DNA from: Selaginella moellendorffii
Lineage: Eukaryota; Plantae; Lycopodiophyta
Length of the DNA: 64,000 bases
NCBI RefSeq assembly: GCF_000143415.4
Contig: NW_003314357.1
Coordinates: 189,293 to 253,292, forward strand
Reading direction: 5' to 3'
Positions 12,374-25,200 of this stretch are shown here, one piece after another. Position numbers and translations under genes: made by a program. Within the stretch, counting starts at the first letter, position 1. Every line of letters begins with the position of its first letter. A model generated the notes under the pieces. It ran no database searches, was not told the DNA's origin, and saw only the letters and a program-made list of their open reading frames with translations.

Positions 12374-15300
12374 TGCGAGACACAAAATCCCTAGGCCCCA
12401 AAGTGGAGCTGGAAGGGTGCCACGTGGTAGTGGCCGAAGCGAAAGTCGAACGAGCGTAACACGTTTGGACTAAAAGCTCTAACTTGATAGGTCGAGAGCG
12501 GGAGTGGAACTCCCAACAAAGTGCTCAAGGAATGAGCACGAAGTGAGCAATAAGCGAGGCTCTAAAAAAAGACCCAAAAAGGACTAACACATGACAAGTG
12601 GAAGTGTCCGAGATGGACCCAAGATGGAGTCCGAGATGGAGTCCGAGGTGGACCCGAGGTGGAGTCCGAGAAGGACCCGAGATGGAGTCTAGGATGGACC
12701 CGAGATGGAGTTCGAGATGGACCCGAGATAGAGTCCAAGATGGAGTCCAAGATGGACCCGAGACGGAGTCCGAGATGGACCCGAGATGGAGTCCGAGATG
12801 GACCGAGACGGAGTCTGAGATGGAGTCCGAGATGGAGTCTGAGAAGGACCCCGAGATGGAGTCTGAGAAGGACCCGAGATGGAGTTCGAGGTCGAGATTG
12901 AGACCGGGACTGAGACCGGGACCGAGACTGAGACCAAGACCGGAGACCGGGACCGGGACCGAGACCGAGGCCAAGGCCGAGACCGAGCCCGAGCCCGAGT
13001 CCGAGTCCAAGTCCAAGTCCAAGTCCAAGTTCGAGTTCGAGTCCGAGACCAAGTCCGAGTCCGAGACCTAGTCTGAGTTCGAGTCTGAGAGGGTGAAAGC
13101 CCAAAGCGTTCGTCTCCCAAACCCTAGGGGGTTTGGTGAGCTCCAAAAGTATAGTAAGGGGGAGGATTCCAGTGGAGCTAGTTTGGCTAGGGAAGGCCAG
13201 TTTGGCCCAGGAAGGCTGTGCCCAGGTGTTGGGTGACGGGATAACCACTGGGAGGTCCAAGGCTAGAGTGAATACGGACCGACAAGTGGGGTAGCATGGT
13301 GAAGTGTTCAAGAGTCGGCTCTAGTTCCCCCGGGAGATCGACTGGCCAATGCTCCCAATCCAAGTGTGGGTGGCACTACCTACTTGGATACCTGGTGTGG
13401 CTCAACGGAACTTCACTCTAAGCCCATGGCTAGAGCACCTAAAGGCAGAAGGTGGGGAGAGTACCCATGGGGCTCACGTAGGGCCACGGTGTTCCGAAAT
13501 GTTGTCCCGAAGTCCCAAAAGGGGGAAAGGAGGAGGAGTAGTCCTCTAGTGTAGTGACTACGGATATGGTCACATGGTGAGGAAGTCCCAGAGGATAATG
13601 GGACTTAGTGGCCAGGCCTATGGGCCTTGATCTAGTGGCAATGTTGGTGAACATGGCCATAGACGGAAAAGGGACTTGGTAGGAACTGACAAAGGGATAT
13701 TGGGGAAGGCTATTCCCCATGTCTGTGGGCATCCTAAAGATGCTAAGGAGTGAATCTGGGGTGACCACTCATGGACGGATGGCTCACTCTTGGAAAGATG
13801 CGATTGTGATGCAAGTGGTATTGGACCACCAGTGCAGCAAAGGTGAATGAGCATGGCCTTAGCGTAATGGGCCGATATGTCAATGGCACTTTTGGGTGTC
13901 GGTCTTGGGACCGGACACGTGGAGCACTTGGACCAAGTGCAAGGGATGAGTGGCATGGATGCCCTTCTCGGGGCTAGCAAGTCCCAAGTCTGGAATTGGA
14001 CTTAAGGAGGTTGTGATTGAGACTCCTCCAAGTGGTCGGAGGTGTGATTAAGTGACTAAAAGTAGAATGGAAAATTTAGTCGCTTACAACTTGGTATCGG
14101 AGCTGTTCCTTAGTTTGACTTTTATTGGTGCTCAAGTATATCACTATTGATGTTGGCATCGGAAGGTCCTAGGAGTGGGCCTATCCTTGAAGAGTAGCAT
14201 GTCGAGAGAACATGGCTCTCCACTCAAGTTCATGCGTGAACTTGGGCGCGATATGGTGGATAGAAAAGAGCTAGTAAGGGAACGGCTTTGGGATCTTGGG
14301 AACAGTACAAGGGTTTCCTCGGAGAGTTGAGGATGTGATCTAGATGAGCGTTTGACTTAGCAAACTAGCTGATATGGTTGTGGTAAACAACTACAGTTGG
14401 GATCACAGGAAAGATGTAGACTCCAAAACAATAAAGGAGTCATAAGATTACCCTTATATAGTTGAGGCTGGTACTCATAAATTTGAGACCAAAATTGTTG
14501 ACTATGGGAGGTTAAATACAAAAGAGGACACCAATCCTTGAAATGGTAGCTGGGGCTACCTTTAATAAATGCTGGAACAACCCAAGGAGTTGGGGGTGTA
14601 CTTAAAGATGAGTTGCTATTCTCATCACATGGATAAGTAGTCCTAAGGGGCAAAGGTTAGCCCCAAGGAAATCATCAAGTGTCGGAGTAACACTTGCAAA
14701 GATTGTCCTTGTGAGTAGGACATGAATACAAGAAGTTGTATTCCAGCGAGTTGGCACCTCGAAGACTAAGACTTCACAGGTTGTTGGATTAGCAAAGTCC
14801 AAAATGCTGGATGACTCAAGTGGAGTCAGGGAATAGTCCTAAAGGATTGGTTGAAGCATTTGGACTGAGGTGTATGGTGCCCTATGAGGTATGGGGAGAA
14901 TCATAAGATCCAATTATGAGAATAGTAGGTATCTCATTGATGGCAGAATGTGCCATACTAAAATTGTGGAAAAGATGTTCCCAAAAGAAAGTAACTTTGG
15001 CCCAGATGTAAGCTCCTAAGTTTGGACTTCCTGGGAAGTCACCCAGCTCAGTACTATTCAAACCCAAGGACACTTAACCCCAAGTATCCCAAGACCCTTA
15101 ACCGATTGGAAAAGGGGTTGCACTCTTATTCATGAGCCATTTCCCTCTATATTTGAACCCCATGGATCATCTCTCAAGTCATTCCCTTTGGTTGCTTACA
15201 CCAGAGTTAGGTGCAAACACTATGGTGCAGTGCTAACGGATAGTTAGCATGAGGAACAACTATATTGGTCTTGGCAAGGACTTAGACACTAATAAGTAGT

Positions 15301-17902
15301 GTCATAAGGATAGGCTCGTGGGGCTAATGGTGTGGAGACACCAAATGTGCCAAGGTGTGATACCTTGAGGTTATGTTGGTGGTGTTGTTGCTAGCAACCG
15401 TGATGTCATGGAGAGTCTAAAATATGGAATTGTCCATATTAGACTATATAGCAACTAGAAAGCTTGCGAAAAGGGAAGCTTTAGCAAGCTAAGGGATAGA
15501 GTTCCTTCCAAGTTCCCAAAGACGATTCTAGGTAGCTTAGTACCTAGAAAGCCAAGCGTAAATGGTTCCTAGAGCGCGCAAAATCAAAGCGGCGCAGCAG
15601 AAGTGTGGTCTTGAAGCTGGCCATGAGGCGAGGCTATCAAGGTTGGGGAAGTGGTTCCCGAGTGTTCAAAGAGAGGGCTTTGAATGAAAGTTCATGGTTA
15701 AGGAGTTTCACGCTTATGCATGAACCATGTTACAGGGGCTGGATGACTTGCTACGTGAGATTGGCGAGTCAGGGGAACAAATCCCCTAGTTGAAGGTGCT
15801 AACTTCAAAAGGGGTGGCCCATAGGGCCAAGCATGGAGGAGTCCATGCATGATCACAGACTTGTCAAGTGAGAGGACTTGGCAGTGTAGAGGAACTAGGT
15901 TTCTAAGTTGTGATCTATAGCGCGCTTTAACTATAAGTTGGTGCACCGGCGTGGGGAGTCACACCAGGCATCTTGGATGATGCCTTCCGTAGATGCATAT
16001 ACGGAGGTTGGGTTCGAGTCCCAACCCTCTAGTGCTTGGGTTCAAGTCCCAAATCACTAGGGCGTGGTGATGGTTTGGAATATGAGGACACTCATATTTC
16101 GATGGTCATGGACTCTTAATGAGGAGATTGGCTTGGGCACACTGCCAAGCGGGGGATGCTCCGGAGTCATGATGCACAGTTACATTGCTTAGAATGAAAG
16201 CTTGGCATATCTAACTTGAACACTTTGGTGCAAAAGGCACCAAGGACGTGGTGAATGAGATGGGGACACCTAGTCTCAGTTGTTATGGATCCTTGGTTAG
16301 AAGGGCTGGCTTGGGCACACCACCGAGTGTGGGGGATGCCCCCGGGGTCATAGTCAATAACTTAGAAGGGTCTGGAAGACCTAGTTCCTATTGTTAAGGG
16401 GTCAAGATGAGATCACTAGGTGATCTTATGGCTAAACAAGGACAAAGTCTTTTTTTGGGTTAAGGAATATAATTCCTAGTTCAAAGTGTTGATTTGAACT
16501 ATTAATAAAGGTGTGGCTTGGTCAAGGTGACCAAGTGGGAAGAACACCTAAGGGAAATGAGCTATGTCAATGCTGTGGCATAGTAAGTCTGAGGAAAGTA
16601 GTCTCTATAAAAGATCCAAGGGAGGGTCTCAAAAAGTTAGGCCATGGATAGAGCCCACAGTAGAAAATGTTAAAGAGACGTACTAGAGGTGAACACCCTT
16701 TGGACTTGGCAAAACAAAGTGTTTGCCATGGAATCGAAAGGAAACCTTGAAAATAGAGGTAGCGAATCCTATGTTGCTAGGTGCAACAATCAAGGATAGG
16801 AGCAAAAGACTACTGGCTAAGAAAAAAGCCATGGGAATCATGGGAAAAAAACCAAATGGCAAAGTTAGGCCGAGAACACTAACGTGTTGGGTGCTAACGG
16901 ATTGTGGGAAAGGCAATATTTCCCTAAGGATGGATTCCCAACCGCTCCGATTTGGTGAAAGTGGATGCTCCAAAGGGGGGAACGGTAAGGTAGCCAAATA
17001 ATAGGGCCGTGGGCAGCCCTAGCACCAATTATGATAACTGGAACTTAGTGCCAAAGGTGGCACGATATCGAAGAGAGGATGATAGTACCCTCAAGTAAAG
17101 AACTTCCTAGGATAGGGAAGTGGAGTTGCACCATGTGCAATGTAAGGTGTCGGAGACACCTAGGAAATTGACTCTGAAAAGTCAAAATTAAAAGTTCCAA
17201 AGTTCAAAGGTTCAATGGAATCTGAGACTACTCAAGAATGAATAGTAGAATTGAGTTAGAGAGGGTGTCTTTAACGGGTTTAGTGAAAACTGAACCAATA
17301 AAAGGGAGCAAACCACCCCTGGTGGTTGAGTGAGTCTCCAGGTTGGAGAGACTATGCTCCTTAGAGGATGGACAAGGCATGGTGAGCCTTCGGGGTCAAA
17401 CCATAGACAAATATTGGTTGGGTGTCAAGGATGGAAATGGTAATACCTGTGGGTGTTACTTTATTAAAGGGTTTACCGTTCGATGAGGACATCGAACTTC
17501 GTCTATGGGTGGTGGAGTTGTGAGACACAAAATCCCTAGCCCCCGAAGTGGAGCCGGAAGGGTGCCACATGGTAGTGGCCGAAGCGAAAGCCACTCGTGG
17601 ATGGACAACCTAGTCTTGGAGAGACGAGATTGTGATGCAAGTGGTATTGGACCACCAGTGCGGCAACAGTGAATGGGCATGGCCTTAGCGTAACGGGCCA
17701 ATATGTCAGTGGTACCTTTGGGTATCGGTCTTGGGACTGGACACGTAGAGCACTTGGACCAAGTGCAAGGGTTGAGTGGCATGGATGCCATTTTCGGGAC
17801 TAGCAAGTCCCAAGTCCGGAGGAGGTTGTGAATGAGACTCCTACAAGTGGTTAGAGGTGTGGTTAAGTGACTAAAGTAGAATGGAAAATTTAGTCGCTTA
17901 CA
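12374..17902 (+). mobile_element. Non-autonomous LTR retroelement, copy B: 5' LTR 12374-14088, tRNA-iMet PBS 14092-14103, PPT 17507-17518, internally deleted 3' LTR 17519-17902
   Basis: LTR runs TGCGAGACAC...GCTTACA and is followed by tggtatcggagc. PPT gggtggtggagt precedes TGTGAGACAC. The second LTR lacks ~1.3 kb (junction ~17592). No long coding frame inside. Confidence 0.8.
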
Positions 17903-19260
17903 ACTTGGTATTGGAGCTGTTCCTTAGTCCGACTTTTATTGGTGCTGAAGTATATCACCATTGATATTAGCATCAAAAGGTCCTAGGAGTGGGCCTATCC
18001 TTGAAGAGTAGCATGTTGAGAGGACATGGCTCTCCACTCAAGTTCATGCATGAACTTGGGCACGATGTGGTGGATGGAAAAGGGCTAGTAAGGGAACGAC
18101 TTTGGGATCTTGGGAACAGTACAAGGGTTTCCTCGGAGAGTTGAGGATGTGATCTAGATGAGCGTTTGACTTAGCAAACTAGCTGATGTGGTTGTGGTAA
18201 ACAACTACAGTTGGGATCACAGGAAAGATGTAGACTCCAGAGAGATAAAGAGCACTTGGACCAAGTGCAAGGGTTGAGTGGCATGGATGCCATTTTCGGG
18301 ACTAGCAAGTCCCAAGTCCGGAGGAGGTTGTGAATGAGACTCCTACAAGTGGTCAGAGGTGTGGTTAAGTGACTAAAGTAGAATGGAAAATTTAGTCGCT
18401 TACAACTTGGTATTGGAGCTGTTCCTTAGTCCGACTTTTATTGGTGCTGAAGTATATCACCATTGATATTGGCATCAAAAGGTCCTAGGAGTGGGCCTAT
18501 CCTTGAAGAGTAGCATGTTGAGAGGACATGGCTCTCCACTCAAGTTCATGCGTGAACTTGGGCACGATGTGGTGGATGGAAAAGGGCTAGTAAGGGAACG
18601 ACTTTGGGATCTTGGGAACAGTACAAGGGTTTCCTCGGAGAGTTGAGGATGTGATCTAGATGAGCGTTTGACTTAGCAAACTAGCTGATGTGGTTGTGGT
18701 AAACAACTACAGTTGGGATCACAGGAAAGATGTAGACTCCAGAGAGATAAAGAGCACTTGGACCAAGTGCAAGGGTTGAGTGGCATGGATGCCATTTTCG
18801 GGACTAGCAAGTCCCAAGTCCGGAATTGGACTTAAGGAGGTTGTGAATGAGACTCCTACAAGTGGTCAGAGGTGTGGTTAAGTGACTAAAGTAGAATGGA
18901 AAATTTAGTTGCTTACAACTTGGTATTGGAGTTGTTCCTTAGTCCGACTTTTATTGGTGCTGAAGTATATCACCATTGATATTGGCATCAAAAGGTCCTA
19001 GGAGTGGGCCTATCCTTGAAGAGTAGCATGTTGAGAGGACATGGCTCTCCACTCAAGTTCATGCGTGAACTTGGGCACGATGTAGTGGATGGAAAAGGGC
19101 TAGTAAGGGAACGACTTTGGGATCTTGGGAACAGTACAAGGGTTTCCTTAGAGAGTTGAGGATGTGATCCAGATGAGCGTCTGACGCAGCAAACGAGCTA
19201 ATGTAATTGTGGTAAACAACTATAGTTGGGATCACGGGAAAAATGCAGACTCCAAAACAA
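17748..19260 (+). repeat. Three tandem ~502-bp units (LTR 3' end + PBS + 5' leader)
   Basis: gagcacttggaccaagtgc recurs at 17748, 18250 and 18752. Each unit contains gcttaca-act-tggtattggag. Confidence 0.9.
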
Positions 19261-20700
19261 TAAAGGAGTCACAAGATTACCCTTATATAGTTGAGGCTGG
19301 TACTCATAAATTTGAGATCGGAATTGTTGACTGTGGGAGGTCAAATACAAAAGAGGACACCAGTCCTTGAAATGGTAGCCAGGGCTACCTTTAATAAATG
19401 CTGGAACAACCCAAGGAGTTGGGGTGTACTTAAAGATGAGTTGCTATTCTCATTACATAGACAAGTAGTCCTAAGGGGCAAAGGTTAGCCCCAAGAAAAT
19501 CATCAAGTGTCAGAGTAACACTTGCAAAGATTGTTCTTGTGAGTAGGACATGAATACAAAAAATTGTATTCTAGTGAGTTGGCACCTCTAAGACTAAGAC
19601 CTCGCAGGTTGTTGGATTAGCAAAGTCCAAAATGTTGGATGACTCAAGTAGAGTCAGGGAATCTCATCTTGACCCCTTAATAGGTCTACCAATAGAACTA
19701 GGTCTTCCAGAACCTTGACTATGACCCCGGGGGCATCCCCCACACTTGGCGGTGCACCCAAGCCAACCCTTCCAGCCAAGGATCCATAACAACTGAGACT
19801 AAGTGTCCCCATCTCATTCACCACGTCCTTGGTGCCTTTTGCACCAAAGTGTTCAAGTTAGATATGCCGAGCTTTCACTCTAAGCAATGTAACTGTGCAT
19901 CACGACTCCGGAGCATCCCCCGCTTGGCGGTGTGCCCAAGCCAATCTCCTCATTAAGAGTCCATGACCACTGAAATATGAGTGTCTTCATATTCCAAACC
20001 ATCACCATGCCCTAGTGATTTGGGACTTGAACCTAAGCACTAGAGGGTTGGGACTCGAACCCAACCTCCGTATATGCATTTACGGAAGGCATCATCCAAG
20101 ATGCCTGGTGTGACTCCCCACATCGGTGCACCAACTTATAGTTAAAGTGTGCTATAGATCACAACTTAGAAACCTAGTTCCTCTACACTACCAAGTCCTC
20201 TCACTTGACAAGTCTGTGATCATGCATGGACTCCTCCATGCTCGGCCCCATAGGCCACCCCTTTTGAAGTTAGCACCTTCAACTAGGGGATTTGTTCCCC
20301 TGACTTGCCAATCTCACGTAGCAAGTCATCCGGCCACCATAACATGGTTCATGCATAAGCATGAAAGTCCTTAACCATCGACTTTCATTCAAAGCCCTCT
20401 CTTTGAACACTCGGGAACTACCTCCCCAACCTTGATAGCCTCGCCTCATGGCCAGCTTCAAGACCACGCTTCTGCTGCGCCACTTTGATTTTGCGTGCTC
20501 CAGGAACCATTTACGCTTGGCTTTCTAGGTACTAAGCTACCTAGAATCGTCTTTGGGAACTTGAAGGAACTTTGTCCCTTAGCTTGCTAAAGCATCTCCT
20601 TTCATAAGCTTTCCAATTGCCATATGGTCTAGCATATACAATTCCATGCTTTAGACTCTTCATGACACCACGATTGCTAGTAACAACATACTCGAGCACC

Positions 20701-21880
20701 TGTAAGCCACAAATTTTTCCTTTCCGATTTGCCAACTTACCTTGTCTATCCGACCAACACTGCCTTAGCTTGTGCTAAGTTCCCTTGCCAAGGTTCTCGC
20801 CTATGGTACCAGCTCCTACTTGGTTCTACTTGGTTTCAACTACTCACTGCACGAGCAACGGAGTGTTAGCCATCCATCTACGGATTCTCAAATCTCTCCC
20901 AATTCCCCTCCCTGGGTTAGACTGGACTTAAGGTTCGGCTACACTCCCCGCAGGCACAAGCAGCCAAGCACACCAAGCCTCCAAGTTCCTAACACCCCTT
21001 GGTACAACAAGACTTGATCATGGGACCCTCTAAATCCCAAGCCTTGGGTGCAGCACTTGCTTCGGGATGTCGGGGCGAAACATCGTGGCCTAACAGCCCG
21101 GTATGGGTACCCCCCCCACTTCCATCCCGAAGGGAAGGCCCAAGCCCCTAGGAAGGGCAAGGACCGATGAGCCATAAGGTACTCAAGTGGGGCACCACTC
21201 CACAAGAGCCGGGAGCACTGCAGTCAGTTTCCCTTTCGGGAGTGGGAGCTGCTCTTGAGCACTTCCCTGGGTGGCCCCAGGGAGGGCCCCCGGCACCACC
21301 CAAGCCCATGCTCACTCCCACCCAAGGCCCCTCGGCCCCAGTCTCAACCTCAAGTCAGTTTAGAAGCACCACTGGAGAGTTTCTTCAAGACTGATTCCTG
21401 GACCTCACTATCCCTACTATACTTTTGGAACCCCCTGCAGCCCCCCCCCCCCCCCCTGGGAGACGCACGCTTTGGGCTTTCACCCCTTGAGCTGTATTAG
21501 TATTTGGACTTAGTCTCAGAATCGATCTCGGACTCGATCTCGGACTCGATCTCGGACCCGACTTTGGACTCGGTCTCAGACTCGATTTCGGACTCGATCT
21601 CGGACCCGATCTCGGACTCGACTTCGGACTCGACCTCGGACTCGGTCTCGGACCCAATTTGGATCTCGGACTCCGTCTCAAACTCGGTCTCAAACTTGGT
21701 CTCGAACTCGGTCTTCGATTCGGTCTCAAACTCGATTCCGAACTCTATCTTGGACTCGGTCTCAGAGTCGGTCTTGGACTCAATCTTCGACTTGGTCCCA
21801 TCCGATGAACTCTTTGTCATTTCGGTCATGCTTTCGGGGATCCTTTAGCCTACAACACCTCGGGGAGTCGGTTCCTTACA
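20701..21880 (-). repeat. 3' LTR of element C
   Basis: tgtaagccac...gttccttaca, direct repeat of 27005-28166. Confidence 0.95.
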
Positions 21881-22299
21881 ACTCCACCACCCATAGAAGA
21901 AGTTCGATACCCACATCGAACGTCTCTTTATATCCTATGACTTGTTGACCATGTCTCCGGGGGCATCCCCCCACTTAGCAGTGTGCCTAAGTTAAACTCC
22001 CCGGCCAAGAGCCCATGACAACGGAGTATAGGTGTCCCTATACTCCTCACCTCACCACGCCCTAGTATGGGGTCGGGACTTGAACCCAGCCTTGCTTTAC
22101 TAGGGGGTTGGGACTTGAACCCAACCTCCGTAGAATACGTCTACGGATTTGACATCCCCACGGGGAGTTGGGCGTAGTGCCCTACGCATAGTCAACCTAG
22201 CTAACCCATGCTAATTAGCTTACCTTCGGCACGCCTTCGGTTCCCTACATATGCCACTTGCTCAACTTTGCAAATTGATATTTTAATTGAACTTTGCAT

Positions 22300-25200
22300 A
22301 AGTACATAGAGTTCTGCCTTGCAGAAATTCCTCCACTAGATCTCGCGTGTTCGCTAGGTTCTCCTCCGGCTCCCATGTTGCCTCGCAGTGTGGAAATCCT
22401 TTCCACTTCACATGGAACTCTCTCACCTCGCGTCCTTGTTGCTTGCTCTTGCGCGCATTGAGGATCGCCTCGACTTCATATTCCTCTTCCCCTTGGATAA
22501 CCTCAGGTAAAGGTCCTTGCGAAGCGGATCCTCAAAGTACGGCTTGAGTAAGTTCATGTGGAACACTGGGTGCATCTTTCACATCTCTCGAGGAAGTCGG
22601 AGTCGGTAAGCCACTTTACAAATTCGTGCCTCAATCTTGTAAGGCCCCGCGAACCTGCTTAAGGAACTCAAGATCAATTCATTTACAGGAATACATGCAT
22701 TTTTACCTTTGGGTCAACTTTCGGCTGATCCCACTTGGTAGCCTGAGGTTCTTTGTGTTCAGCCACACCTTCTCCCCAGCTTGGAACTCCACGTCCCGGC
22801 GCTTCTAGTTCACGTATTTGGTTTGCCTTTGTTGAGCCCGTTCCAAGGAATCCCTCACTAAATTCCAAATGTTGAGTCTTTCCGCCGTGAATGCCTCCAC
22901 TGTGGGTAGCTCTCCATGATACTCGGCTATGCCGAGTTCCACAGGACCTTCAATAGCTCGCCCAAATAGTCCCAAATGACTTACCCAATCGGTCTGGTCT
23001 CCCGAGACATAGCATCGCAAATAATCCTCCAGCTGCCTATTCACCCTTTCTGTTTGTCCGTCTGTCAAGAAGTGTTAGTGCCATCACACTTGACTTAATA
23101 CCCAATACCTGTCTGTGGGTGATAGGCTGTGCTGAATTTCAACTTGGTGCGATACTGTTCTAGGAGAGTCCTCCAGAACCTACTTGTGAAGATCTTATCT
23201 CAATCTAAGATAATCTCTTCCGGCCTTCCCCGCACTCGAACCACTTGTTCGAAGAATAGCTTCGCCATACCTTCCGCATCCACTTCCGTTGTGGTGGGTA
23301 TGAAATGTGCCATTTTCGAAAATTGGTCCACCACCACGAATATCGCATCAAACCCCTCGCTTGGGGGGAGTCCTGTGATGAAGTCCATCGTAAGACATTT
23401 CCACGGATGATCTGGAATTGGGATGCTTTGCAACAAGCCCCCACTAGCCTTAGTCACGGCTTTGACCTGCTGACATGTTGGACATGTCTTTACATAGTCT
23501 TGGACGTCCTTAGCCATATTTGGCCAATGGTACTTCCTCTTGAGTAAGCCCATCGTCTTAGGCACTCCGCCGTGTCCCGCAAGAGGTCCGTCATGACACT
23601 CTTCTAAGGCCACCTTCCTTAGTTCCCCTTTTGGAACATACACCCTCGTTTGCTTGTAATAGATGAGTCCATTGCGTTCTGTATAGCCTGTTTTCTCTTC
23701 CATTGGCAGTTCACCTCTCTAGTGAGCTTCCCGTGCCTCTAGATTCCTCAGCAACACTTCTTGTGCTAGACCATCGTTCTCATATGCTGTCCGCACATCG
23801 TCCCAAAAGGTTGTTGTCGCGCTGGATATTGCCAACCTCAAGCTCGCTTTTCGACTTAGTGCATCTGCCACGATGTTGCTTTTCCCAGGCTTGTATAGGA
23901 TCTCGCAATCAAACTTGGCCAAGGCATTGGCCCACCGACCCTGTTTCCCTCTTAGGTCGGGTTGTGACAAGAAGTGTTTCATTGCCACATTGTCTGTGTA
24001 AACCTTGAAGTGTCTCCCAAGGTAGTGTCGCCACTCCTTGAGCGCGTTGACCACCGCAAACAATTCCTTCTCGTGGGCAGGCCACTTCCGTTGAACCTTG
24101 TCCAACTTCTTCGAGAAGAACGCTACTGGATGGTTGTCTTGCTTCAAAACTGCGCCCAACGCAAAGTCCGAAGCATCCGTTTCTACCTCAAAGTCTTTAC
24201 CAAAGTCTGGTAATGCCAACACGGGAGCCTTCCTCAACTTCTCTTTGAGGTGGACGAATGCTGCCTCGCATTCTGCTGTCCATACCATCTTCCCTTTTCC
24301 TGTTTGGTCCGTTAAGGGCAAGGCTACTCTCGAATAGTGTCTGATAAACTTTCGGTAGTAATTGCATAGCCCCAAGAACGCCCTCAACTCATGTACATTC
24401 GATGGTCCCTCCCATTCCTGGATCGCTTGGACCTTCTCTGGGTCCACCTTGAGCCCGTCCTGGCCCACCACATGCCTAAGAAACTTTACCTCTTGTTGAG
24501 CAAAGTCACATTTGCTCTCTTTAGCATACAGTTTGTGTTCCCTTAGTTTCTCAAACACCTTCGCCAAGTGTTCAGCATGCTCCTCTAGCGTCTCGCTATA
24601 GATCAGAATGTCGTCAATATAGACGACCACGAAGTGATCCAGATAGGGTACAAAGATATGGTTCATCAACGCCGAAAACGTTGCCGGTGCATTGCACAGC
24701 CCAAAGGGCATCACCAAAAACTCAAAGCTCCCATACCTCGTTCAACAGGTTGTCTTCTCGACATCTTCCTCGGCTACCCTGATTTGGTAGTATCCTAACC
24801 TTAGGTCAATCCTTGAGAAGTATTTTGCCTTTCCCAACCTATCGAACAGGTCCTCAATCCGGGGCAAAGGGTACTTGCTCTTCTTTGTATACTTGTTGAG
24901 CAACCGATAATCTATGCACATGCGTATAGATCTATCTTTCTTTTTCACAAATAACACCGGTGCCCCATACGGCGACTTGCTCAACCTAACATACCCTTTG
25001 TCTACCAACTCCTCTAGTTGGCACTTGAGCTCCTTGAGTTCTTTTTTGTTCAAACGATAAGGGGGACGAACCACTGCCTCTACACCCTCGACCAACTCAA
25101 TCTTATGTTCTATTGGTCGTGCGGGGGGCAACCCCGCCGGTAGCTCCTCCGGCATGGTATCCTGGAATCGTCCAACACCCGCTGGATCACTAAAGGTACT

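Noticed and set aside
16006-16052. tRNA gene
   Set aside because: Only a T-arm/B-box-like hairpin; no acceptor stem, D arm or anticodon arm.
17748-19260. CRISPR-like or gene-array interpretation of regular repeats
   Set aside because: Units are 502-bp LTR/PBS duplicates without unique spacers; eukaryotic context and no cas genes.
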